64,000 bases of DNA from Eutreptiella sp. 'Long Island Sound 2002'. Lineage: Eukaryota; Protista; Euglenida. The stretch is from the NCBI GenBank assembly GCA_964036045.1, contig OZ038378.1:165974001-166038000 (forward strand). Direction: 5' to 3'. The notes beneath the pieces are model-generated. The model worked only from the letters and a program-made list of their open reading frames with translations, was not told the origin of the DNA and did no database searches. Of the stretch, positions 1 to 12,500 are shown one piece after another (within the stretch, counting starts at the first letter, position 1; the number at the start of each line of letters is the position of its first letter). Position numbers and translations under genes: made by a program.

Positions 1-5
1 GTGGA

Positions 6-110
6 TCACTCTGGAGGCGTACATATATCCTCGTCCGAATGGATTAGTTTGGGTGCCTCGTAGGGTTCCAACCATTGTTCGACCCATATTTTCACCGCTT
101 GTAGAACATG
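6..110 (-). mobile_element. Possible LTR-retrotransposon integrase core fragment, truncated by a repeat insertion and the window edge
   Basis: Translation KIWVEQWLEPYEAPKLIHSDED resembles the rve segment W-x3-(Y/F)-G-x-P-x2-I-x-SD. Only about 30 codons are visible. Confidence 0.35.
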
Positions 111-480
111 CGGAGAAATGGGCCAAGAATATGTGGAAAAAGGTGAAAATAGGTGAAATTGGGTGAATTGGGTGAAATTGGGTGAAATTGGGTGAACATT
201 CAAATCCACCATATCCCCGATGCAAAAAAAGCATTAAACACCTCTTGTCAAACAACAATAATGCTCCTAGTCACAAAGTATGGGTTTCTAGTGCGGCTAG
301 ACGCCCAAATAGTTGCACACGCACTTCGCTAAGGGCACCCCCTATGGGCCGATGAAACTGTGCCCATCGCAAAGCAAATACGCCCAAAAAAGCACTTCTG
401 GGGTCAATAAGCACCATTAGGAGGGCCCAGTTGGGGCTACATGAGGTAATACACACACTCTCGTATTGTGACCAAATGAT
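100..480 (+). repeat. Dispersed repeat copy containing an 11-bp (GGGTGAAATTG)n tandem run; related copy at about 10230-10630
   Basis: Both places share GGGTGAAATTGGGTGA runs and GACGCCCAAA(A)TAGTTGCAC (about 301 and 10420). The GCACTG(C/T)GCGCGCACTGCGCGC motif occurs at about 9742 and 10436. Confidence 0.65.
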
Positions 481-1139
481 CACCTGACAATGGCGCAAGG
501 GTCCCCGCGGGTCAACAGGGTTCGCCTTGAAATCATGATTTTTCAGCCAATCCGTGGCAGTCTACAAAGGGCTGGGTCCTCACTAGTGGGGCCCCATATG
601 GGGGGGCAATCTAAACCTAACCTAAACTCAACCAAAACAAAAGCACGTTTGAGGCTTTCGGGGGGGGGGGGGGGATGGTTAACGCTACATGGGCCGAGCA
701 ACCACCACGTGGGTCCCCAAGGGTGGTGCAATACCCTGATTGTTACCAAATAATCACCCAAATCCATCTCAAATGAGATACAAGGGTTGCAGAAAAAATC
801 CAAAATTCGCAAATTTTTACATCCACTAAACGGCCTAAACAACACCAATTCTAGGGCTTTCGGGGGGGGCGTGGGGTGGGCTTCATGGGCCTAGAAGCCA
901 CAAGGGGGGTCCCAAGCAAAAATAAACATTTGGAAATTGTTTAGGTGCCGTTTTGGGGCATTTAGGGCTGTGGATGTGGCATAGTAATGCCCTCCTCCTC
1001 ATTATCTAGGTTACCCTCGAACTCGTCACAATCAAAGCAGCAGACAACAACTAGAGGTTTCGGTTTGGGCAACATTCGCTACTTTGATTTTTAGAAGAGG
1101 AGACGCCCCTTAGACCACTTGACTGGAAAAAACCGGACG

Positions 1140-1520
1140 CAATGTTCTCGGGGGTCCCCAAACAAGGGGACGAAACCAAAATTGGCTACATCAACCCTAC
1201 TTTCTCGGGGGCCCACAAGTGGGCGGAAGTGGTATGTAACCCGGGGTCGCCGAAAGAGGGGACAAAATCAAAATAGGCTACATCACTCCTTTCTTCTCAG
1301 TGGCCCACAAGTGGGCGGAATTGTTATGTAACCCCTGCGTTCTCAGGGGTCCCCAAGCAAGGGGAGAATCAAAACTGGCTACATCACCCCTCCCTTCTTG
1401 GGAGCCCACAAGTGGGCGGACAAATGGGGGGGTTTCGGGTCCAAACTCTGGGTACCCCCGGCCAACCCCCGTCTGGGCCCTTGTGGGTGAGGAGTTTGCC
1501 ATTTTCAGGTTGGCATGGGT
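1140..1520 (+). repeat. About 103-bp tandem repeat family (AAAATTGGCTACATCACCCC...GGGCCCACAAGTGGGCGGAA), about 3 copies
   Basis: The unit anchor recurs roughly every 100-103 bp. The same unit occurs inverted at 3600-4100. Confidence 0.75.
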
Positions 1521-3129
1521 TGGCTGGAAATTTTCCAGATTTTGAGTTTTTTTGCAAACCCTTGTGTCACCTTTGAGTGGGCACAAGCCCGTTCAGCATG
1601 GCCGGGCCGTGCGCGGCCGTCATCCCCCCCCCCCGCCCCGGGCATGGCCCTAGACGCGACGGCACACCTCGGCGCCCCAGATGCTGGGTGCGCGCGAATA
1701 CGAGCAATGCGGGCAAGCGGCCCGCCCAGCCCGTGGGGGGGGGGGGGGGCACGGGATGACCCCCACCCACCCGCCACTAGCTCTGTTGCTAGTAGCGGTG
1801 CATCACCCCCCCCCCCCCCCCGCTTGCACTTCCGGCGGGCATCTCCCCCCTGCCGGGCTCAATGCCTGCCTGACACGCAGCCCCCCCCCCCCCCCCCCCG
1901 CCGGGGCAAGGGAGAGGTCACTCGGGTGGTGTGCCCTCTGACCCCCCCCCCAACTTACGTGGATAGGAGCACCGCCACTCGGGTGAACAACTTGGGCAAG
2001 CCCGGGGGCAGGGCAGCGCTTAGCGTGCCCTGGGGCCCCTCCAACTGCGCAGCCAATCCACCGTGAGACGCCACCTAGCCCTGAGCAGCACCACCTGTGC
2101 CAATGCAATCAAGGAGTGCGGGCGGCCTCAAGTCGAGTGCAAGGCTTGGCCGCCCCCATGCCCCAGGCAGTCATTGGGTGGCCAACGGCATGTCAGTTGA
2201 CCTGGAGGAGGCGTGTCTAGGTCAACTACTCCCCCGGCAGGCTTAGCGTCAGGCGCCCACTACCTGCCTGCTGGTGCATGGAGCACCAGGCGACAAACCG
2301 CTCCACGCCCCCCCCCCCCCCCAAGACCCAAAAGCACCCAACGGCGCGCACGCCACACACACACACACACACACACACACAGGCACAGCGGTATCTCCCT
2401 CCCGTGTGTGCTACCACGGGGTTTGGGGGCTGTCAGCAGTCCGGCACGCCTTGAGACCGCGACAGCCGGGAGCGCCCAACCCAATCGAGTCGCGCAGGAA
2501 CGGTTGCGCTGACCGTGGGCCTGGTCGTCCGGGGGAGGCTTGGCCCAAACCAAACCAACCCCCCCCACTCCCAGGGGCAAGCAGTGTAGCCGCCCCGCTG
2601 CCAAGTGCAACCCCCCCCGCCGGGGGGTTGGGGACAGACACCCCCCCCCCCCCGAGATGCAAGGGCAACGGAATCGTCCCTACGTGGATTTTTCTCGAGC
2701 ATCCTGCGGGCACTGTCTGCGAGCCACTCGCGGAGGGCACGCCCCCCCCCTATGGCCCATAGCCCTCCCCTCAAGGGGGTGACATTTTCATCATCTTCCT
2801 CCTCATCACCATCGGCTGCAGTACTAGCAGTACCACGGCACCTCAGCCAACCTGTGTTTGTCAATGCAGGGTGGCAAGCCAGTTTCTCGGTCCTGGGCTG
2901 ACCTGTTCCTCCCCCCTTGGGGAGGGCTACGCAAAGTGGAGGGCAGCCATGTCGGCTCCATGGGAGGACCCGAGCACCGAAGAGACCTAGCATCAACCAG
3001 CTCATCCCTCTCCGCCGCCGTGCTCCACAGGTGGGGGGCCTCCATTGGGGGAGGGGGCGTCCGACCTCTAATCGGCCCCCTCTCCCCGCCCCTCTACCTC
3101 TGCACATAGGCCTATGGATGATAAAGGGA

Positions 3130-4720
3130 GTCGTACTAGAATTTCCTGTTTTTTAGATTGTTTAGTGGCACTCCAAAATCAGCTCGAAGGGAATTTGTCA
3201 GCTCAAGCGCTGGCACCCCCCTATTTTGGGGTTTAACTGTGTAGCACACCCCAATGGGTGATATTGGATGTGCAACCGCTTGTAAAATTATCATTTTTGA
3301 AGGCAAACTGGTCCCCCGATAAATTGATTTTCTGATTTTGACACCTCTACCCCCGTGTACCCGGGTGCCACTTTTGAGGGAGGGGGGGTGGGCATCTTGG
3401 GGAGTTGTCAAAACGTTTTTGAGTATTGTGGCCACCGTGTGTTAATGTACACTCTCATCCTGAATAACTTTTTTCTCATACATGGACCCCCTAACCAATG
3501 GTGGGGTCTCGTGTCCTAACTCTCGGTACCCCCGGTCGGTCCCCCTATGTACCCTTGCCAATGGGGTCTTAGCCATTTTCAGGTTGGCATGATGCAGCCG
3601 GTTTTGAATTTGTCCCCTTTTCTGGGGACCCCCAAGAACGAAGGGGTGACGTCGCACTTCCGCCCAATCTTGGGCCCCCGAGATGGCAAGGGTGAGGTAG
3701 CTAGTTTTGTGTTTGTCACCTTTTTGGGGGACCCCCCGGAACGCAAGGGTTGCATAGCGATTCCGCCCACTTTTGGGCCCCCGAGAAGGCGGGGGTGATG
3801 TAGCCAATTTTGATTTCGTCCCCCTCACGGGGATCCCCGAGAACGCAAGCGGTTACGTAGCAATTCCGCCCACTTGTGGGCCCCGGGGAAGGCAAAGGTG
3901 ATGTAGCCAATTTTGATTTTGTCCCTGCTTCTGGGGACCTCCGAGAACGCAAGGGGTTACATAGCAATTCCGCCCACTTTTGGGCCCCCGAGAAGGCGGG
4001 GGTGATGTAGCCAATTTTGATTTCGTCCCCCTCATGGGGATCCCCGAGAACGCAAGCGGTTACGTAGCAATTCCGCCCACTTTTGGGCCCCTGAGAAGCC
4101 ATGTTTTGGGGTATGTTACGTGATTAGGGCGTGAATAGGGTATAGGGCGCTCGGGCCTGCGCTTGATCTAACAACCTCCCTTCGAGGTGATTTTCAGCCA
4201 GCGCGTGGCGACCTGGAAATGGCAAAATCCTCAGCAGCAAGGGCCCATAGGGGGTCCGACTGGGGGCACGCAGAGTTAGGACTTGAGACCCCACCATTGG
4301 TTAGGGGGTCCATGTATGAGAAAAAAGTTTCTCAGGACCAGGGTGCACATCAACGCACAGCAGCCACAATACACAAAAACGTTTTGAGCCCCCACCCCAG
4401 CCCCCCCCCCCAAAAGTGGCACCCAGGACTGGGGGAGGGGGGGTAGTAGAGGTGTCAGAATCAAAAAATTCATTGGGTGGTCATTTTGTCTCTAAAAATC
4501 ATGTTTTACAAGGGGTTGCACGTCCGATATCACCAATGGGGGTATGCTACGGAAATGATCCAAAAAGCAGGGGGGTATATGGCGCCCGCACCTGAGCTTG
4601 ATCTAACAACCTCTCTTCGAGGTGATTTTCAAACACCACTGGACAGCCCAAAACTGCAATTTAAGGGGTGTCCACGATGAATCAAACCCATTCCAGCGTC
4701 CACAGAAGGGTTTTGGGGAA
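3130..4720. repeat. Foldback-like block: diverged inverted arms (about 3130-3590 and 4210-4720) flanking an inverted array of the 103-104-bp unit (3600-4100)
   Basis: The arms translate to near-identical strings on opposite strands (LGHETPPLVRGSMYEKKVIQD vs LGLETPPLVRGSMYEKKVSQD). GATGTAGCCAATTTTGATTT occurs at 3797, 3900 and 4004. Confidence 0.7.
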
Positions 4721-5722
4721 AGTCAAATTTCAAATGTTTTGAAGTGCCACTGAGCAGACTAAAAACTGCATGAGCGCTAAAAAACCCGACTGGTCCAAAA
4801 AAAATCTTGGGCTTGAAAGCCAGAAATGGTGACTTCGATCAACAATTATGGGCGGGTCAAAAAGAAAATTTTTGACTCCTACCCCACACCCCCCTCCCCC
4901 ACCCACCCACCCACCCAAAAAAAAATGGGTAGTAGGTTTGGGGGCATTGCGTAAAGAATGGTTGCATGTACCCAGCCATATCGAGCTCCCCAAAGTGGAG
5001 AAGTAAAGAATGGCTACACAACCCCTACTAAGAATCAGGAACCTCCCAACATGATTACCAGTTTTGGCACACGCAATCCACCCTGGCATGTCTAATCACT
5101 CTGGTTGTTCCTTCTGGCGAAACCTGCACTTGTGGAAATAAAGCCCAGATCCTGTGCAACAAAGGGAGAGGGGGGGGGAGGGGGCAATCTTGCTTTATAC
5201 ACCGGAGGAGAGAGGGGATGGGAGTCTGGAGGGGCGTTTGCCTCTCCACCTTGGAAATGGCAATTGCAGTGTAGGGCAGTCACTCAAGAAACACAGCCGC
5301 GAAGATCAAGTGCCCTGTCACACAACAGCATATGCACGTCAATCAGACCTCGCATGGGGATCTGCGGATGATGATGAGGATAAAGATGAAGATGACTCTA
5401 CTCACCTAAAGAAGGTTCCCTTGTATATCCACCTTGGAGGTACAGGTACCGACAGCAATCATACCACATGTAACCTGGGCACACACACATGGGCGCCAAA
5501 GGCGCCGAAATTCTTGTTTTTCAGTTCCTACAGTTTGGCTGCTTCAGGAAGGGAAGAGGGGGGCGGGTAGGTTTGAAGCGGGGGTGCTGGGATTTGATCC
5601 AGGACGGGGGGCGGGGGGGCTCCTCCTTACAGGTTTGCTCTTCTACAGCATGGGAGGGGGGGCCACAGCACTTGTCGGACCTAGCAAAGACTGGTGGTTC
5701 GTAGCTTCCTGCGGTTCTAGGC

Positions 5723-7708
5723 TTAGGTCATGTATGCCATGTGCCTACGACCGGCTGATTTTCTTCTTCGTCTTGCTGCCAATTCCTTCTTTTGGCCACG
5801 AGAACCAGACTCATATCCCCGCCGACGACCGCCTACTTCGGTGTCCACAGCTTTGCAATGAGACGATCCAGCCTTGGATGTAACAGGGCCTTCCGCAGAG
5901 ATTTCCGGACATCCGGGCCCCTGGGCACACTGGAGCACAGAGATGCTCTCATCCCAAGATCCCAGCATCAGTGCAGATGCCTGCCCACGCGGGCGTGTGG
6001 ATGATACTGGCCCATCCGGGTCCCGCTCAGTGCACGCAGAGCCATTTGTAAGCAACGGGTCGTCACGAAATGGACCCAGAGACATGATGTCTGACAGATC
6101 CACCGGGTCCAGGAGATCAGCTGGACAGGCACTAGAATTGCCTGTAGTATGGACAACATTGAATGGCGCGTTGTACAACGCAGTGACTGGGGCCTCAGGT
6201 TCGTAGGGCAGAGCCGTATCTGGTGCAGTTGCTGTTTGCGCACGCGAGGCTCTCTTTGTTGACGCAATAGGCCTCGTTCTGGCGCACAGAGGCTGATATT
6301 CTGGACACAAGGGTGTGGCGTGTTCTGCTGGAGCAGAGAGTGGCGGATGACCCCAGAATGCGGCATCCTGGGGGTCCGTCACAAAGCGCCGTTCTGGCAG
6401 TGAGTCCTGAGCCAAAACATCTATCGGGCACCGCACCGCGTGCAGCTTCATGGGCTCAGCACTGGGTGGGCGCAGTGGCGGATTGGCATTGGTGGGCACG
6501 CCATTACTTCTGTCTTTGAGTGGTCTTTGGCCAGGAAGCGCTGTGCTTTTCTGTTTTGACATGGGGCCTGCGGTCGGGTCAGCAGCACTTGTGTTGAGAT
6601 ACTTCATCAGCCTTTTGTTGAGGATCTTGAGCTGCTCCTTCGCATCTTGGCCTTGCTGGAGCAGCGACTCCCGGCGGCATCGACTGGCCTCGTAGCTGTT
6701 GACGATCATAGTAGTCGTGCTGTGATCCGCCCCCAACGAAACGGTCGCGATGTGAATGGCTTGTTGGAACACAGCCTCGGCCTGAAGCCGCACACGCTTG
6801 TCCGGGTGCAGATCCTGCGCAAGGGCCAAGTTGTGGTGCACGATGGCCTGCAGCCTCGACTCCTGCGATTCAAGAGGCTGGTCACGAATCAAAGCATTTG
6901 GGTCCGTGGAAAAGCTCCGCGCACGTTGCAGCTTAGGTGCTGAGCTACTGCGGGGCACTCGTGCTCCAGTGTGACCCGTGACGGTGCTACTTTTGTGCTC
7001 CGCATGTCGGTGAAGGGCGGCAAGCTTTGCGCTTGGTCCGACGCCTTCAGGGGGTAAGCGCAGGGGCGAGGTACTGGTGCAGCGTTGCCGTGCACGGCTT
7101 GACAGCAAAGGCCATTGTGCGCCATGCGCCGCTGCGGCAGGCTGCGCAGATCTGGGTTCGGCGCTGGTCTGCAGCAATGTGACAGCCTCACGTGCGGTTT
7201 CCACAGCGTCATCAGCCCTACCCAGTGAAAGCAGCACTGCGGAGAGATTTGTCATGGTTTGGGGACTGTATGAAGGGGCCTCCAGAGCAATGGCAGCTGT
7301 TAAGCACGAATACGCCGCTGCCAATTGCCCCTTCTTCTGGTGCAGCAACGCTAGATTGTTGAGAGTCCCAGAGCGTAGAAGACTGCGGTTGCGCGGCTGA
7401 AGAGCACTCGGACCTGTATCAGCATCATTGGCGAGATCACAATATGTCAATGCATGACTCAGGTAGTACTCACACGCCTTCAAATGTCCTGTGTGAAGAA
7501 ATGAAGTGCCCAACACATTACAAGACCGGATCAGCTCCTCCTCTGCCCTGGGCTCCTTGTGGCTGTCCTTCTGCTTTTGCAGTCTAGCCTCCAGTGATTG
7601 CTGCAGACGTCGCACCTCGTTCTCCAAATCATATTGCACGTCATCTGGCGCAGCAAATGGTGGCTTCCCCCCCTCACTTGGCGACGAATGGCGATTGAGA
7701 GACGTCGT
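5723..7708 (-). CDS. Intronless TPR-repeat protein (kinesin-light-chain/NPHP3-like TPRs); probable retrogene or processed pseudogene with uncertain start codon
   Basis: Open frame of more than 660 codons with TPR helices (NVLGTSFLHTGHLKACEYYLSHAL; TLNNLALLHQKKGQLAAAYSCLTAAI; TMTNLSAVLLSLGRADDAVETAREAV; VHHNLALAQ...SLGADHSTT). A relict spliced leader lies immediately 5'. There is no ATG right after the leader (ACG at 7708; the frame stays open up to an ATG at 7882). Confidence 0.75.
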   Translation of the reverse strand, partial: TTSLNRHSSPSEGGKPPFAAPDDVQYDLENEVRRLQQSLEARLQKQKDSHKEPRAEEELIRSCNVLGTSFLHTGHLKACEYYLSHALTYCDLANDADTGPSALQPRNRSLLRSGTLNNLALLHQKKGQLAAAYSCLTAAIALEAPSYSPQTMTNLSAVLLSLGRADDAVETAREAVTLLQTSAEPRSAQPAAAAHGAQWPLLSSRARQRCTSTSPLRLPPEGVGPSAKLAALHRHAEHKSSTVTGHTGARVPRSSSAPKLQRARSFSTDPNALIRDQPLESQESRLQAIVHHNLALAQDLHPDKRVRLQAEAVFQQAIHIATVSLGADHSTTTMIVNSYEASRCRRESLLQQGQDAKEQLKILNKRLMKYLNTSAADPTAGPMSKQKSTALPGQRPLKDRSNGVPTNANPPLRPPSAEPMKLHAVRCPIDVLAQDSLPERRFVTDPQDAAFWGHPPLSAPAEHATPLCPEYQPLCARTRPIASTKRASRAQTATAPDTALPYEPEAPVTALYNAPFNVVHTTGNSSACPADLLDPVDLSDIMSLGPFRDDPLLTNGSACTERDPDGPVSSTRPRGQASALMLGSWDESISVLQCAQGPGCPEISAEGPVTSKAGSSHCKAVDTEVGGRRRGYESGSRGQKKELAARRRRKSAGRRHMAYMT

Positions 7709-7729
7709 GATGAAATGAAGCAGAGGCGT

Positions 7730-7753
7730 GAAAAAAAATAGACAATCAGAAAA
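7730..7753 (-). other. Relict euglenid spliced-leader (SL) sequence
   Basis: The minus strand reads TTTTCTGATTGTCTATTTTTTTTC(A). The euglenid SL as I recall it is ACTTTCTGAGTGTCTATTTTTTTTCG, giving 22/23 identity over the core and a terminal G>A. Confidence 0.8.
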
Positions 7754-8399
7754 TGATAAAATACAGTAACCTATAAAGCAATATCGACAGGAATGTGGTT
7801 TGGCAAGCGTAGGCAGGCAGGTGATAGCAGCTGGTTTGGTTCTCTTGCTTGCAGCCTGTTGTTTGCCCGCTGCATGTTGCATCTTGCCTGCTGTATGCCT
7901 CCGTCAGTAAGCTGTCCCAACATCACTTGTCTTTGGTGCCGCCTATCTGCTGTGGCTGTGTGGTTGGTGCATGTTGGGGCTTTTTGCCTTTTTGCAACCC
8001 CGTGCCCCTCCCGCTGCTTTCACTTGCATGGTTGGGGTTTCTTGGTTAAAACTTCCCCATGTGTAGCCAGACAACTAAGGAAGGCATGGCATGTGAGACG
8101 GGATTTAATGTATTACATTGGAATGTACATTCAATTTTCACACAGGTCTATTTATTTGTGACGTCAATGCTTTTCCATGTCAGCATAGGACCCTCCCGCT
8201 CACCCTCTAAGTCTGGCCTCGGCACCAGGGCGCATTTTCTAGCACGCCCTCTTCAGGGACCTGCAACACGCTGTGAGCAATGCACGAAGAAGAGCCAGCA
8301 GTTTTCATCGCCAGCCACCCTTTTAGTGCTTGTTTGCCTGTCACTGGAGCGCAGTCTCACACACCGGCCGACAGAGCTACTACTGGACAATCTACAAGC

Positions 8400-9040
8400 A
8401 GCAATCATGTGTGTGACGCCCAAGTATTTCAATCAATGCACAAACTGCGAGGTTCAACATTCCCATGTTCCTGCGTCCATCAGCGAAACCATGAGCCCAT
8501 TGTTCTTCCGACCTCGCTGGCACGCCTTCCACTAAGCGCACTGATTCACAGCTTCGGGGTCTGGTGAGTTCTCAGGAGCAGCAAGCATGCAGGCCCCGGC
8601 ATTCCTCATCCGCCCCCCACAGCCAACTTCAGCAAAGCTGGTCACCACGTCTGTGTGTGTGCGCGCGCCAAGGAATCCATTCGAATCTGCTCAAACTGCG
8701 AGGTTCAACAATCCTAAGGTCCTATCACTACTGCAAACCATGAGTTCGATTGTTCTGCCCTGCAGCAGGGCTGCCCAGCGGGCATGAAGCCCCATGAGTA
8801 CATATGCTGCCAACGCACCACGGCTCCTGCCCTCAGAACGTGTGTGTGTATGACGCCCAATCATTTCGAAATCTCAAAGCGTTCGCGATCATACATCACC
8901 TCTCTATAGCAATGCCCGTGTGTGTGTGTGTGTATGTGTGTGTGCCAAGGGATCATTTCCATCATGCTCAAACTGCGAGGTTCAACATTCCTACTTTCCT
9001 ACCATGCTGCACAACCATCAGTCCAATGTCCATGTGGGCC
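8400..9040 (+). repeat. Degenerate tandem repeat of about 250-280 bp, about 3 copies
   Basis: AACTGCGAGGTTCAACA recurs near 8443, 8694 and 8971 with similar flanks. Confidence 0.6.
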
Positions 9041-9052
9041 CTGCAGAGGCCC

Positions 9053-9553
9053 CTAGCACACTGATGCACAGCTTCCTGACCCTGTCCCAATGTTCCGAGT
9101 CCATTCGTGTGGCTCTCCCTGGCGTGCAGAAGGTTGCTTCGGCGGGCATAGGAGGTACGAGGTACGGTGCCTGTCCGACTGTTGCATGAGGTCAATCAAG
9201 GCGAATGCCGCCTATGACGGCTCCGGCATCAGATCGAACCTCACAACGTCGACCGCAAGCGCAAACAAGAAGACCTCACGGTAGTACAAGAATGTGGGGC
9301 TCACTATCGGCACCCCAAGCTCCCTGTTGAACAGCACAACGCAACGGGTGGTATTGAGCTTCACCGACTGCATCTAGTATGTGTACCCGCACTCGAGCAC
9401 GGCCTCCCTGCTATCCACTAGCACGTCATCTGCCCAGTGCGCCGCGGGGATGAAGGCGGACCACGTGCCGTCCATCACCTTCGGGTCTTCAGCTAGCAGC
9501 TTCTCCCATACCCACTCCACTCCGTCCTGCCCCTTCCTCTTTTTGGTTGGCAT
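9053..9553 (-). pseudogene. Decayed coding sequence of an unknown protein (about 166 codons, two in-frame TAG)
   Basis: One frame runs MPTKKRKGQDGVEWVWEKLLAEDPK...GYTY*MQSVKLNTTRCVVLFNRELGVPIVSPTFLYYREVFLF...PEPS*AAFALIDL with GC-rich third positions. Stops are at 9374-9376 and 9212-9214. Confidence 0.45.
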
Positions 9554-12500
9554 GCGCGGATGGGAAGGCGGCGGACTCGCCACACGAGCCACCAATTGAT
9601 GAGCAATGACCTATGGAGCAGTCAGCGCAGCACCACGGTTTTTGTCTTGTGCTAGCATGGAAAAGTAGTGACCTCACAAAGAAATTGACCTATTTCAAAA
9701 TTGTATGTACATTGCAATGGAAAATATATTGGGGGAATCCTTGCACTGTGCGCGCACTGCGCGCTACTTTTAGACTATGTTCCCCCCGAAGAGCCCCTAG
9801 GCACGCCCCTTGGAAACGTCCTTAGAATCAGGTGACCTCAACTGCCCCAGCTCAAGAAAGTTGCAACCTACCTTCCCTTCACATAACACACATCATGCAC
9901 ATCTGGAAAAGCCATGAACAGCGTATTGGTTGCCCCCCTCAACATCCTCTAATGTAGAGGGGGAGGCGGCCGGGGGTACCTCCTTTCATATGTGCATCGA
10001 AACCTTTGTCGACATAATACGACGACCGTTGTGGCGACAGCCCCGCGGTGGCAATTTCTGCTACGAGATTATTCGGAGTTGAACTACTCACCCTCTGGCG
10101 GGTCTTTTGCTTCACCAGCCACATCAACCCTCATAAATTGATGCGACCGGCCGGACGAGAATTTGATGGCGAATTTGAATGCGACTTGGCTTGGAATCAC
10201 AGGCATAGCACAATTCAAAGAGATGGGTAGCATCCTGCACAAAGACATGGTCCAAATAGCCCTTGCAAATACAAATAAAGCGAAAAAGGGTGGAAATGGG
10301 TGAAATTGGGTGATATTCCAAAAATGCTATATGCCAATGTGGAAGAAGCATCAAAACCTACGCAACAGGGTAACAACGATGCCCCTATGATCTCAAAGCA
10401 TGGGTCTCCAGTACGGCCAGACGCCCAAAATAGTTGCACTGCGCGCGCACTGCGCGCGCAGATCCCCCATTAAATCCTGTCTCACACAAGGCCCTTTGCA
10501 CGGAACCCTCATTCATTCGGAATTTCATATGGCATCTGAGACACAAGATTGCAAGGGCTCTTAAGGGGTTGTTAGTGTGATGTGCATGCACTAGGTGCAT
10601 GTCTGGCATCTTTTTAAGCCTAAATGCCACCAACTAGTGCTATCCAGGGATTTCAGCGCAACAGCCGTTGCCCCACCCGAAGAACGTAGCATACCCCAAA
10701 ATCATCCATGGGGTTGAGGAACCAATTCTACTTTTGTGCCACCATCCCCAACCAAGGATGGGCAACTTCATAGACTTGCACACATCAATGTTGGCTTGCT
10801 TGTGGGCGATCCAAGATACAGCACTGCTACACAACGAAGCGACCCAGCTCCCACAATCCCTTGGGGACTTCTACCACTTTCGCTAGGTCTATCTGGATAT
10901 GTGCAATTAGGCATGCACAATGGGGGATAAAGGCGAGATTATTGGGCGCGATGACTGGGTAGGGGAAGGTGTTCGCTTGTGCTTTCCTTCTGCCTGCGCA
11001 CACACCTTCTTCAATTAGACACTCATTGATGGCAAAATGTGTTTTTACTCCACACGCTCCCCAGGCAATGGGGTTGATGTTTGCCATGATTTGGAGCGTG
11101 CTTTGGAAGAGGTGTTGACATCTGAGCCCGTACAGCGCATACACAAAAGGTGCATGGATTCATACTTCATAGATAACACATGGGGGGGGGGGGGGGGTTC
11201 CGCATACCAATGATTCTATCCTCAGTGTCATACACTGAATTGTTCCCTCACCAACACGTTTAATAGTTGAGGCAGGAGGGGTTGCTGTTTTACAATATTA
11301 AGGCAACCCTCTGCCTTGCTCTCTTGGACTCCTTGGTGCCAAGGCAGCCCCCCATACCCGGCCAAAGAACCCCTTGGCCTACCTTGGCACCAGATCTGCA
11401 AAAGTGTCGCTTAACTAATAGGGAAAAAAAGATTAAGAAAGGAAAATAAAATTTTTTGGAAGTGACACAATCTCAAGCCTCCAATGCTTTGTCTAACAGA
11501 GGGTGGAAAAAGTCGAGAGCAAGGATAGGGAGGTAGACAGTAGTGTGGGATCCCCACAATGAAGGGGGGAGCCCCAGCAATTATGCACTATCATGCACTG
11601 TCATGAGCCACCAACCTGAACTTTGGCTTAATTGGAAGAGGGCGGGGGAGGGGGGAAGGGGGTTCGTGGGAGGGGGGGGAGGGGTAAGATTGTTTTACCA
11701 TCCCATCTTTGCCAGGTAGGGGAGTTGCACAGTGGTTGGTTTGTGCACACTTGCATGCGACATTTGTAAAAGGACTTGACCTATCTCCTCCGCAAGGCTA
11801 CCCGATGCAATGGCGCAAATGTGGCAATGTCTCTGCCACATTGGCAAGCAATTAGGGTGTCCCATAGGTGTCATTTTATTGATGTTGATTTGTACCTATC
11901 GTGGTCAACTTTCACCATCATCTGTTGCACACAATTCAGGTGAAGCAATGGTGGTCCCTACAAGAGCATCAAGTTTCCACTTGGCTGCCCCAATGCAATA
12001 GTCAAGATGCTTGTCTCACCTACAATCTGTATCAACAAGTCAAAAATCTGGTGCATTATGCTAGCTATGCCATATCCCCAATTAGAAAGAAGCTCCACAA
12101 CACCTAGCACCAGACAACACTGAGAAAAAATTTTGCGGGCTGCAGGCGCGCCACAGGTGTTGTAGGATTAGAGAAAGTGCTTTATTGCACAATATTGAGA
12201 ACACAATAACAAATTCGATAAGAGTCACGTGAGCAACAATGCCAGTTATAAAGCGCCATGTCTTGTCCCATGCGGCGCTCAGCAGTGTTCACAACAACAA
12301 CTTAAATACAAGGCGCACGGGCCTCCGGTTTTAGCTCAACAATGCACAATCTACAATATTCCACAACTAGGCACGTTTCCCACACTCTTTTTTTTGGATC
12401 TGTCCGACACCATCGGCAAGTGTTTGAGATTGTTCGGCGCTTCAAACACATGGTCCGAGACAGTACATTACGCGTTCGCTTTTACCTACCCACCTTCCTT

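Noticed and set aside
7754-7882. N-terminal 58 codons of the 719-aa ORF as genuine protein
   Set aside because: They lie upstream of and across the SL relic and look like non-coding sequence. Kept only as a possible secondary start.
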